From: an uncultured Alphaproteobacteria bacterium
GTDB lineage: Bacteria > Pseudomonadota > Alphaproteobacteria > HIMB59
Direction: 5' to 3'
Length of the DNA: 64,000 bases
Assembly: GCA_902584795.1 (NCBI GenBank)
Contig: CACIBB010000005.1
Span: 19,959 to 83,958 of the forward strand
Position numbers and translations under genes: made by a program. Of this stretch, positions 10,194-23,063 are shown in pieces (the stretch's first letter is position 1; each line of letters begins with the position of its first letter). The notes under the pieces were generated by a model. That model saw only the letters and a program-made list of their open reading frames with translations, was not told where the DNA came from and did no database searches.

Positions 10194-10298
10194 TTTTTTT
10201 TTTCAAGTTATTTTTTTAAAAAAAAACATTTTTTTTATTCCTCTTTTTTAACTTTTCATGCTTAAATAGCACATCTTTTAGAGGAAGGAATTAAGTTA

Positions 10299-11666
10299 GT
10301 GGAAGACGAACAGCATCAAGGTGGCATAGATGTGTCTTGGTCTAAGATCACATCTGAACTAAAAAAATCACTTGATAAAGATACCTTCCAAAATTGGATT
10401 AAGCCAATCTATTTCGAGTCACATATTGATACCTCTCTCACCCTTTCAGTCCCAACGAGATTTCTTCGTGATTGGATAATCAAAAATTATGCTTCTGTTA
10501 TCAAAAAAGCTTATATGGACCAAGGTCATAGCATTGATAAATTAGCTATACTTGTTAAAGAAAATAATAAGCGAATTATTCCTGGCACAGAAGTCATCTA
10601 TGAAGATAAAGATGATGACGAAGACACATATTATGATGATATTTCTGCACCATTAGATCCAAAATTTACTTTTGATAATTTTATCGTTGGTAAACCCAAC
10701 GAGTTAGCATACGCAGCAGCTCAACGTGTAGCACAATCGGAAGTTGTAAGCTTTAATCCGCTATTTTTGTATGGAGGTGTTGGATTAGGAAAAACACATT
10801 TAATGCATGCAGTTGCTTGGAATATTAAAAAAAGAAATCCCAAAAAAAATGTTGTCTATTTAACAGCTGAAAAATTTATGTATCAGTTTATTAAAGCTCT
10901 TAGATTTAAAAATATCATGAGTTTTAAAGAACAATTCAGATCAGTAGATGTTCTAATGATTGATGATGTGCAATTTATTATTGGTAAAGATAACACACAG
11001 GAAGAGTTCTTTCATACTTTCAATACTTTAATCGACAAAAAAAGACAAATTATTATTTCAGCTGATAAATCTCCTGCTGATCTTGATGGATTAGAGGATA
11101 GATTAAAGTCCAGATTAGGCTGGGGATTAGTAGCGGATATACATCCCTTAACTTATGAATTACGATTAGGTATTCTGCAGGCTAAAGCTGAACAAAAATC
11201 ACTAAATCTAAAACAAGAAGTAATGGAATTTTTAGCAAATAAAATCACCAATAATGTTAGAGAAATGGAGGGCGCCTTGAACAGATTAGCAGTTCATGCA
11301 TCTATTCAGGAATCCGAGATATCTGTTGATCTTGTAAAGGATGTTTTAAAAGACTTATTAAGAACTAACTCAAGAAAAATTACTATTGATGAAATACAAA
11401 AGAAAGTAGTTGAGCACTACAATATTAAACTTTCTGATATGCACTCTCCAAGAAGATCAAGATCTGTTGCGCGTCCAAGACAAGTCGCTATGTATTTAGC
11501 TAAGTCCATCACAACAAGATCTTTACCAGAAATTGGAAGAAAATTTGGTGGTAGAGACCACACTACTGTTATTCATGCAATTAAAACTATCGAAGAGATT
11601 ATGGTTAACGATCCTAATTTAGCAGAAGATATTGAACTTTTGACTAGAATATTGCAAACTTCCTAA
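10299..11666 (+). CDS. dnaA: chromosomal replication initiator DnaA
   Basis: 'FNPLFLYGGVGLGKTHL', 'IDDVQF', 'RPRQVAMYL', 'GGRDHTTVIHA'. Confidence 0.99.
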   Translation: MEDEQHQGGIDVSWSKITSELKKSLDKDTFQNWIKPIYFESHIDTSLTLSVPTRFLRDWIIKNYASVIKKAYMDQGHSIDKLAILVKENNKRIIPGTEVIYEDKDDDEDTYYDDISAPLDPKFTFDNFIVGKPNELAYAAAQRVAQSEVVSFNPLFLYGGVGLGKTHLMHAVAWNIKKRNPKKNVVYLTAEKFMYQFIKALRFKNIMSFKEQFRSVDVLMIDDVQFIIGKDNTQEEFFHTFNTLIDKKRQIIISADKSPADLDGLEDRLKSRLGWGLVADIHPLTYELRLGILQAKAEQKSLNLKQEVMEFLANKITNNVREMEGALNRLAVHASIQESEISVDLVKDVLKDLLRTNSRKITIDEIQKKVVEHYNIKLSDMHSPRRSRSVARPRQVAMYLAKSITTRSLPEIGRKFGGRDHTTVIHAIKTIEEIMVNDPNLAEDIELLTRILQTS

Positions 11667-12776
11667 ATGGATTTTAGAGTTAGTCGCGAGGCTTTTTTAA
11701 GAGTTCTAACACACGTTAGTTCAATTGTTGATAGTAGATCTACAATCCCAATTCTTTCAAACATTTATATAAAATGTGATAACAACCAAATAGAAATAAG
11801 ATCAACAGATATGGATATATCAATTAGAGAATTTGTTTCTACAGACTCTTCAAAAAACGGAGAAGCAACAGTAAATTCAAGAATTTTAACAGATATAATT
11901 CGGAAAACTAAAAAAAATTCCATTGTTAAATGTAAATTAGAAGGGAGCAGGTTAATAATAAGCTCTGATAATTCTGTTTTTGAATTAAATGCATTGAGCG
12001 CAGATGATTTCCCAAAATTTGTACCATTGGATCCAACAAATTCCTTTGAATTAACAATCCATGAGATTAAAAGACTTTTTAATAAGACTAAATTTGCAAT
12101 ATCTGCAGAAGAGACGAGGTACTATCTAAATGGTATTTATTTCCATACTATTAGTAATGGACCAAAGTCAACTTTAAGATGTGTTGCTACTGACGGTCAT
12201 AGATTAGCTAGGACAGAGTTAGATTTATCAAATATTATTAATATTACAGGCATAATCCTTCCAAGAAAATTTATAATCCAATTAGACCGTATGTTAGGCG
12301 ATTTTGAGGGTAAAATAAAAATAATTTGTACTGATACACAGATAAGCATAGAAGCAGAAAATTTTATAATAATAAGCAAGCTTATTGATGGAACATTCCC
12401 TGACTATGAAAAAGTTATACCTGTATCAAATGATAAATTATTACAAGTTGAGGCAGATCCATTTTTCAATGCTATTGATAGAGTTTCAACCGTAAATCAA
12501 GATAAGACACCGACTGTTAAATTACAATTTGAAAATAATAATATTAAAATTATGGCTACGAGTACTGACAGTAACAAAGGAGATGAGGAAGTTGCAGCAA
12601 ACTACACCTCTGAGGGATTAGAAATACTTTTTAATTCAAAATATATTCTAGATCTTCATGATGTAATTGAGGGAGAAACAATGATATTAGAGCTTCTTAA
12701 CCAATCGTCACCGGTAATAGTAAAAGACCCTAAAGATTCAACAAGCTTGTATATTTTAATGCCAATGAGAATATAA
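11667..12776 (+). CDS. dnaN: DNA polymerase III beta clamp
   Basis: 'EETRYYLNGIY', 'VATDGHRLA', 'KLIDGTFPDY', C-terminal 'LMPMRI'. Confidence 0.98.
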   Translation: MDFRVSREAFLRVLTHVSSIVDSRSTIPILSNIYIKCDNNQIEIRSTDMDISIREFVSTDSSKNGEATVNSRILTDIIRKTKKNSIVKCKLEGSRLIISSDNSVFELNALSADDFPKFVPLDPTNSFELTIHEIKRLFNKTKFAISAEETRYYLNGIYFHTISNGPKSTLRCVATDGHRLARTELDLSNIINITGIILPRKFIIQLDRMLGDFEGKIKIICTDTQISIEAENFIIISKLIDGTFPDYEKVIPVSNDKLLQVEADPFFNAIDRVSTVNQDKTPTVKLQFENNNIKIMATSTDSNKGDEEVAANYTSEGLEILFNSKYILDLHDVIEGETMILELLNQSSPVIVKDPKDSTSLYILMPMRI

Positions 12777-16312
<3,536 letters not shown>

Positions 16313-17557
16313 TTGAATAATCAAAAAAACTTTCTTTTTGTTAATTCATCAGATTTTTTAATTATACGTGCAATTGCTTTTGGAGGTCAGGCCGCTACTT
16401 TATTTATAACACAGTATTTTTTCGAAATTTCTAAGACAGTAGCAATGAGCTCTTGGATAATAGCTTTTATCTTAATGGCTAGTATTCTCTTAGGATTTTA
16501 TTTAAATAAAGGAGATAAAATTATTTCTGAAAAACAAGTCTTCTTATTTTTATGTTTTGATATTGTTCAAATTTCAAGTTTGATTGCTTTAAATGGAGGA
16601 CACACTAATCCTTTTATATTTATCATCTTAGCTCCTATTGCTATCGCAGCATCATATCTTACGATAGAAAGAATAATAATTATTTTAAGTTTAGCGTTAG
16701 TTTGTTTTGCTTTGATATTTAACTTTTATATTAATCTTCCTTTGTCTGTGCATCCTAACATTAATTTTACATACAGCTTAGCTATTATGATTTCTTTATT
16801 TATAAGTAGTATTTTTTTAGTTTTTTATCTTTATTACTTTTCATTAAATTACAAAAGCACCCAAAAGGCATATGAGTTAGCTAGTAAGCAACTTCAAAAT
16901 GAAAAAGAGCTTTTAAAAGTTGGAGGTTTAGCGGCTGCAGCTGTTCATGAATTAGGCACACCATTAAACACCATAAATTTAATTGTTGATGATTTAAAAA
17001 AAGATCAAAAATTAAAAGATGATTATGGGAAAGATATTAAAACTCTATTATTAGAGTTAGATCGGTGTAAGGAAATATTAAAAGAGCTCTCAACAAATCC
17101 AGAGTCAAAAGAACTTTCTTCTGAAATTACAAATATGTCACTAGATGCATATGTGCAATCTTTATGTGATCAATTTTCAAATAACTATAGAGCTGTGAAA
17201 TTAGATTATAGATCTGATGAAAATTCTAAAAATATCAACATTAAAATCACACCTGAACTGAACATAGCGATGAATAATATTATAAAAAATGCCATAAGCT
17301 TCGCTTATAGACAAATATTAGTAATCTCAGAGACATCGAAAAATTCTTATTCAATTAAAATCAGAGATGATGGCCCTGGTTTTGATAAGAAGTTTATAGC
17401 TAATTTTGGAAAACCATTCTATTCTAGCAGGCCTGAAAAAGGGGTAAATATGGGCCTCGGCCTATTCATAACTAAACAAATGATTGAAAATCTAAATGGT
17501 GAAATATTAGTACAAAGTAATGATGGAGCAGAAGTAACTTTAACATGGCGGATTTAG
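16313..17557 (+). CDS. regB: RegB/PrrB/ActS redox sensor histidine kinase
   Basis: Membrane domain with 'GGHTNPF' quinone motif, H-box 'AAAVHELGTPL', redox Cys 'DRCKEIL', 'DDGPGF', 'GLGLFI'. Confidence 0.92.
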   Translation: MNNQKNFLFVNSSDFLIIRAIAFGGQAATLFITQYFFEISKTVAMSSWIIAFILMASILLGFYLNKGDKIISEKQVFLFLCFDIVQISSLIALNGGHTNPFIFIILAPIAIAASYLTIERIIIILSLALVCFALIFNFYINLPLSVHPNINFTYSLAIMISLFISSIFLVFYLYYFSLNYKSTQKAYELASKQLQNEKELLKVGGLAAAAVHELGTPLNTINLIVDDLKKDQKLKDDYGKDIKTLLLELDRCKEILKELSTNPESKELSSEITNMSLDAYVQSLCDQFSNNYRAVKLDYRSDENSKNINIKITPELNIAMNNIIKNAISFAYRQILVISETSKNSYSIKIRDDGPGFDKKFIANFGKPFYSSRPEKGVNMGLGLFITKQMIENLNGEILVQSNDGAEVTLTWRI

Positions 17558-18105
17558 AGCAAAATACATTAGTCAAAGATAAAACACTTTTTATTATTGA
17601 GGATGACAAACCCTTTCGTGAGCGATTAACTACCTCATTTCAACGTAAAGATTTCACAGTAACAGCAGCAGCTTCAAAAAAAGAGGCCTTAGATGTTTTA
17701 GCTGGAAATAATTTTAATTATGCCATCGTTGATCTTCGTTTAGGAGATGGTTCAGGGCTCGATGTGATTAAGGTGATTAAGGAGCAAAATCCAGAATGTA
17801 GAACAGTAATGTTGACAAGTTATGGTAACATAGCTACAGCTGTATCCTCTGTTAAATTGGGTGCTGATGATTACTTAACCAAACCTGCAAACATAGATGA
17901 TATCGAAAAATCTTTAATGTCTGCTACTGCTACATCTTTGCCCCCACCACCTGAGAACCCAATGTCTGCTGATAGAATTAGATGGGAACATATTCAAAGA
18001 GTTTTTACACAGTGTAACCGTAATGTTTCTGAAACTGCTAGAAGACTAAAAATGCACAGAAGAACTCTTCAAAGAATTTTGAATAAGCACGCTCCTAAAG
18101 AATAG
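17545..18105 (+). CDS. regA: RegA/PrrA/ActR response regulator
   Basis: 'PPPPENPMSADRIRWEHIQRVF..CNRNVSETARRLKMHRRTLQRIL'. Confidence 0.96.
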   Translation: MADLEQNTLVKDKTLFIIEDDKPFRERLTTSFQRKDFTVTAAASKKEALDVLAGNNFNYAIVDLRLGDGSGLDVIKVIKEQNPECRTVMLTSYGNIATAVSSVKLGADDYLTKPANIDDIEKSLMSATATSLPPPPENPMSADRIRWEHIQRVFTQCNRNVSETARRLKMHRRTLQRILNKHAPKE

Positions 18106-18137
18106 AAACTCACTACAATCTTTGTTATTCTGCTTAA

Positions 18138-20816
18138 ATGTCTGAGCAAAGACTAATACTCGTTGATGGTTCCGGATATATTTTCCGAGCTTATTACGCC
18201 TTACCCCCAATGAATAATTCTAAGGGCATCCCCACAAATGCAGTTTATGGGTTTTGCAATATGATGCTTAGACTTATTGAAGAGCATCCAAATGACAAAA
18301 TACTAATCGTTCTTGATGCAGGAAGGAATACTTTTCGAAATACTTTATTTCCTGAATACAAAGCAAATCGTGGTGAGGCACCAGAGGATTTGATTCCTCA
18401 ATTTAGTATTATTCGTGAAGCTATTGATGCGTTTGGTTTAGATGTTATTGAAAAAAAAGACTTTGAAGCCGATGATGTTATAGCAAGTTATGTTAAATAT
18501 GGTGAAGACAATAAAATACCCACCACAGTATTTAGTTCAGATAAAGACCTTTTTCAACTGCTATCAACAAATAATCGCATCATGGATCCAATGAAAAATA
18601 TTGAAATTGACGAAGCAAAGGTAATGGAAAAATTTGGTGTTGGCCCTGACAAGATTACAGATGTACAAGCTCTAATTGGTGATAGTGTTGATAATATTCC
18701 TGGCGTCCCTGGCATCGGACCAAAAACAGCCTCTAAATTAATTAATGAATTTGGTTCTTTTGAGGGCCTTCTGGCAAATAAAGAGAAAATATCAAATGAA
18801 AGAATTAAAAATCTTATTCATGATCATGAGGAAAAAGCAAAAATAAGTCACCAACTAGTTATTCTAAAAAATGATCTTGAGCTACCTATTACAATCGAAA
18901 AGTTAAAAGATTTTGAAGACTCACCAAAACTTAATAACTTTTTCAAAAAATATGAATTTAAATCTTTAATTAGAAATAGCTCTCATGAAACAAAGCCGCA
19001 TGCGGCCAAAAAAAACTTAGAATTTAAATCACTTATTAAGACAAAAGATATAATCGAATATCTAAAGTCTCTTCAATTTGAAAAAACCTTATCGATAGAT
19101 TTAGAGACAGATAGTTTAGACGTAAATGAAGCAAATATCATTGGCATTTCATTATCTAATGCACAGCAAGCTTATTACCTACCTTTTAAATCACCTGAAA
19201 ATGAAATATCTGAGACAGATCAAAAAAAAATATTAAAAGAGCTGAATTTATTATGTGAAGATCCTTCAATTTTAAAGATTTTTCATAATGCTAAATACGA
19301 TAGTGTTATCTTAAAACGCTTTAACGTAAATACTATTTCTTTTCAAGATACCTTATTAATGTCTTTTTTTGTCAATAACGGTTTAACAAAACATAATCTT
19401 GAGGATTTGTATTATTATTATTTTGGAGAAGAAAAAGAAAAATTTAAAGATGTCATTAAAAATGAGTCTAAAAGAAATTATAAAGATTTTTCTGAAGTGC
19501 CTTTACAGTCTGCAACAAATTACGCTGCTCATGATGCTTATGCCACTTATAAATTATATGAGACATTACACGATCAAATATTAGATGCCCCCGATAGTTA
19601 TATATATTTTGATATCGATAAAAAATTAAGCTTAGTCCTTCAACAGGTTGAAAACAATGGTTGTAAGATTGATCTTAAATTTTTAACAAAACTGGAAAAA
19701 GACCTAAATAAAGAAATTGAAAAAATTGAACAGAAAATTTTCAAAATCGCAGGTGAGGAGTTCAATATTGGTTCACCAAAGCAACTTACCGAAATCTTCA
19801 AGAAACTTGATGTGAAGGTAACCAAAAAAACAAAAGCAGGAGATTTTCAAACTAATGTCAAAGTCTTAGAACAATTAGAATCTGAGGGAGTAGAGATTGC
19901 CTCGCATATTCTACAATGGCGTCAATACTCCAAGCTCGTGTCGACCTATACATCTTCTTTAGCTGAACATGCTGATAATAACGATCGAGTTCACAGCACA
20001 TTTAATATTGCAGCTACTATTACGGGTAGATTAAGTTCATCTGAACCTAATTTACAAAATATCCCTATTAGAACTGAGATCGGAAAGAAAATTAGAACAG
20101 CATTTATTGCAGAAAAAGATCATGAGTTATATAGCTTCGATTACTCCCAAATCGAGCTTCGTGTGCTTTGTGAAGCGTGCGAAGACCCTAATTTATTAAA
20201 AGCTTTTCAAGAGGATCAAGATATTCATCAAAGTACAGGCCAATTAGTTTTTAACAAAAAAACAATTAATGCTAATGATCGAAGAATGGCCAAGATTATT
20301 AATTTTGGAATAATCTATGGAATTAGCCAATATGGTTTAGCTAAACAGTTAGGGGTTAGCAATGCTGAAGCAAAGCTTTTCATAGATAACTATTTTCAAA
20401 AATTTCCAAACATTAGTGACTTTATGAAATCAACTACCGATAAAGCAAAAAAACTAGGCTACGTTGAAAACCTTTTCGGAAGAAAGTCTCACATTAAAGA
20501 CATCAATGCTAAAAATTTTATGCTCCGATCTTTTGCAGAAAGACAAGCTATCAATGCACCTATTCAAGGCACAGCATCTGAGTTAATTAAAATTGCAATG
20601 TTGGATATTCATAGTTATTTAGAGAAAAATAAATGTAAATCTAAAATGACATCACAAGTTCATGATGAGCTTTTATTTGAAATTCATAAAAAAGAAAAAG
20701 ATATTATTCCTGAAATTTCAAAATTGATGGAAACTTCTCATCGAAAATACAAAATATTTAGTACACCCATTAAGGTTGATTTTGGAGGGGGATTAAATTG
20801 GGGTGAAGCTCATTAG
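18138..20816 (+). CDS. polA: DNA polymerase I
   Basis: 5' nuclease 'LVDGSGYIFRAYYA', 3'-5' exo 'IDLET', polymerase 'DYSQIELR', 'KIINFGIIYG', 'QVHDEL'. Confidence 0.98.
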   Translation: MSEQRLILVDGSGYIFRAYYALPPMNNSKGIPTNAVYGFCNMMLRLIEEHPNDKILIVLDAGRNTFRNTLFPEYKANRGEAPEDLIPQFSIIREAIDAFGLDVIEKKDFEADDVIASYVKYGEDNKIPTTVFSSDKDLFQLLSTNNRIMDPMKNIEIDEAKVMEKFGVGPDKITDVQALIGDSVDNIPGVPGIGPKTASKLINEFGSFEGLLANKEKISNERIKNLIHDHEEKAKISHQLVILKNDLELPITIEKLKDFEDSPKLNNFFKKYEFKSLIRNSSHETKPHAAKKNLEFKSLIKTKDIIEYLKSLQFEKTLSIDLETDSLDVNEANIIGISLSNAQQAYYLPFKSPENEISETDQKKILKELNLLCEDPSILKIFHNAKYDSVILKRFNVNTISFQDTLLMSFFVNNGLTKHNLEDLYYYYFGEEKEKFKDVIKNESKRNYKDFSEVPLQSATNYAAHDAYATYKLYETLHDQILDAPDSYIYFDIDKKLSLVLQQVENNGCKIDLKFLTKLEKDLNKEIEKIEQKIFKIAGEEFNIGSPKQLTEIFKKLDVKVTKKTKAGDFQTNVKVLEQLESEGVEIASHILQWRQYSKLVSTYTSSLAEHADNNDRVHSTFNIAATITGRLSSSEPNLQNIPIRTEIGKKIRTAFIAEKDHELYSFDYSQIELRVLCEACEDPNLLKAFQEDQDIHQSTGQLVFNKKTINANDRRMAKIINFGIIYGISQYGLAKQLGVSNAEAKLFIDNYFQKFPNISDFMKSTTDKAKKLGYVENLFGRKSHIKDINAKNFMLRSFAERQAINAPIQGTASELIKIAMLDIHSYLEKNKCKSKMTSQVHDELLFEIHKKEKDIIPEISKLMETSHRKYKIFSTPIKVDFGGGLNWGEAH

Positions 20817-21786
20817 AACACTAATAGTATTAATTTTTTTATTACCTAATTTTGCTTTGGGTTTAACTTTTAAAAGTGATGGCTCAGTTGTTGATAGCGA
20901 AGGAAATATTATAGAGCCTAGCAAAAACACCGAAGTAAATATATCTCAATTTGAAAAAGATCTTGAGAGGGTATCAAAAGACTCAGGTTTTATAGATCAA
21001 GATGGGAAAATATATTTCCAAGATCAAATAACAGACAAAAGTAACTCTATAATTGTCATTTACAGTCATGGATCTCAAGGAGATCAAAAAATAGATAAGT
21101 GTTTGAGTAGTTGGGCAAAAGTTCCCCCCGTAATAAGAGATTTACATAATATGAAAATAAAATCTTATGTCTTAAAAATATACAGATTATGTTCTGGAGT
21201 AAGAGGGTGGACTAATGAAGAACAAGATAGAATGTGGAGAGCCCATGAGAAATTAGGAAAATTAGATCTTAATCTTATGGCGAGTGACGGAACTCAATTA
21301 ATGGATAAACAAAAAGGAATTCAAAAGCTAAAAGTTATCAAAAAAAAACTTGATGAGCTCATTGAGCTTGGTTTTGATAAAATTATCCTTGCAGGTCATT
21401 CATCAGGAGGTTGGCAGTCTTTAAAACTAAAAACATTGTATCCTGAATTGATAACTGGCGTTATTGGATTAAATCCTGGTGCAGGAGGAACAGTACAAAA
21501 TAGAAAAGATTGGCCATGGTGGACGGATGTTAGGTATTATGGTTTTGGGAAGTATAATAATCTAAATGCTTTAATAATGACACATGACAAAGATAATTTT
21601 AATTCTTCAAAAGATTACGATGTATTTAAAAATATAGACTCTGTAAAAAAAATAAATTTGACAAAATCTACTTGCAAAGGAAAAATCACACTTGGTGGCT
21701 ATCATGGTGTTACCTTAACCGATTGCTATTCAATAGAAGAGACAAAAAGCAAAAATATAAAAAATTATTTAGAGAGTCTGTTTTAA
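20803..21786 (+). CDS. exported alpha/beta-hydrolase-fold protein of unknown function
   Basis: Signal peptide, 'YSHGS', nucleophile elbow 'GHSSGG', candidate Asp and His ('HDKD', 'GYHG'). Confidence 0.65.
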   Translation: MKLIRTLIVLIFLLPNFALGLTFKSDGSVVDSEGNIIEPSKNTEVNISQFEKDLERVSKDSGFIDQDGKIYFQDQITDKSNSIIVIYSHGSQGDQKIDKCLSSWAKVPPVIRDLHNMKIKSYVLKIYRLCSGVRGWTNEEQDRMWRAHEKLGKLDLNLMASDGTQLMDKQKGIQKLKVIKKKLDELIELGFDKIILAGHSSGGWQSLKLKTLYPELITGVIGLNPGAGGTVQNRKDWPWWTDVRYYGFGKYNNLNALIMTHDKDNFNSSKDYDVFKNIDSVKKINLTKSTCKGKITLGGYHGVTLTDCYSIEETKSKNIKNYLESLF

Positions 21787-21800
21787 TTTTTTGTTAATCA

Positions 21801-22040
21801 TTAGAAATCTTCATCTGGCTTATTAAAGGCCATCCATCGTTCTAGTTCATGGTAACCACCAATCTTTTCACCATTAATTATGATTTGAGGAAATGTTTTG
21901 GCAGTTGGAAATATCTCAAAAAATTGATCACGGCTGTAATCCTCATCAAGCATTAATACTTGGGGGTTATGTGAGGATAAAACTGCCTTGGCTTTAGTGC
22001 AAAAAATACAGTTGTCTTTACTATAAATTTTGACTTCCAC
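21801..22040 (-). CDS. glutaredoxin (RNR-associated)
   Basis: 'CIFC', 'TFPQI', 'IGGY'; abuts nrdB. Confidence 0.92.
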   Translation of the reverse strand: MEVKIYSKDNCIFCTKAKAVLSSHNPQVLMLDEDYSRDQFFEIFPTAKTFPQIIINGEKIGGYHELERWMAFNKPDEDF

Positions 22041-23030
22041 TTAGAAAGACTCGTCAAAAGACAAAGAACGATCTGTTGGACGCTGGTATTCAGATACCCT
22101 TTTTTCGAAGAAATTAGTCACGTTTTGAACATCAAGAGCTCTCATGAAATCAAATGGGTTTTCAGTATTAAATACCCTTTCAAATCCAAAAAGGTCAGCA
22201 ATACGATCTGAAACAGCTTCAATATACATACACATCATTTCCTTGTTCATACCAATAAGATCAACTGGAAGCGCGTCAGTTACAAATTCTTTTTCAAACT
22301 CCACTGCTTCTCTGACTATTTCTTCGAACTCAGACTGTGCAACAGGTCCAGGGATTAAATCCATCGATTTAATATCTTCATCTGACAAGGTTCCTTTATT
22401 AAATTTTTCACTTAATGTTTTAAACATCAAAGCTGAGAAACTGAAGTGCATTCCTTCATCTCTGGCTATCCAGTCATTTGATAAGGCTAAGCCTGGAAGT
22501 AAACCTCTTTTTCTAAAGTAATAAATGGCACAAAAGGATCCAGCAAAAAATAATCCTTCAACTAAACCAAAGGCAATTAAGCGTGTTAATAAATTTTGAT
22601 TTCCGTTCAGCCATTTTGAAACCCACTGTGCTTTTTTATTAATACAAGGAACATTTTGAATAGCAGAAAACAGCTTATCTTTTTCTGATGGGTCCTCTAC
22701 ATAAGCTTCAATCTGTAAACCATACATTTCTGCGTGAATAGACTCGTTCAGCATTTGCATGGTGATAAACAATCGAGACTCAGGAATTAAAATTTCATTA
22801 TAAAATCTAGATGCTAGATTTTCATTTATCATTGCCTCTGAATTTGCAAAAAATGCAAGTACATGTTTGATAAAATGTATTTCTCCTTCCCCTAGTGTTT
22901 TTAGATCTCTTAAATCATCTTGAAGAGATACCTCCTCAGGTGTCCAAAATGCTTGAACGTGTTGCTTGTAACGATCAAAAATTTCTTGGTGTTGAATAGG
23001 GAAAATTGATTTGCATCCTTTAGATATCAT
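22041..23030 (-). CDS. nrdB: ribonucleotide reductase class I beta subunit, eukaryote-like
   Basis: 'FWTPEEV', 'ESIHAEMY', 'VEGLFFAGSF', 'RDEGMH', 'TNFFEKRVSEYQ'. Confidence 0.96.
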   Translation of the reverse strand: MISKGCKSIFPIQHQEIFDRYKQHVQAFWTPEEVSLQDDLRDLKTLGEGEIHFIKHVLAFFANSEAMINENLASRFYNEILIPESRLFITMQMLNESIHAEMYGLQIEAYVEDPSEKDKLFSAIQNVPCINKKAQWVSKWLNGNQNLLTRLIAFGLVEGLFFAGSFCAIYYFRKRGLLPGLALSNDWIARDEGMHFSFSALMFKTLSEKFNKGTLSDEDIKSMDLIPGPVAQSEFEEIVREAVEFEKEFVTDALPVDLIGMNKEMMCMYIEAVSDRIADLFGFERVFNTENPFDFMRALDVQNVTNFFEKRVSEYQRPTDRSLSFDESF

Positions 23031-23063
23031 GACTTGCTCCTTAAATTAAATTGATTGAAAATC

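Noticed and set aside
7380-10230. Homopolymer A/T tracts as phase-variation switches
   Set aside because: Lys-codon runs and T tracts are common at this base composition, and no reading frame is broken.
10194-10298. oriC in the AT-rich rpsT-dnaA gap
   Set aside because: No DnaA-box cluster; only one box at 9873, which fits autoregulation better. Alphaproteobacterial origins are often unlinked to dnaA.
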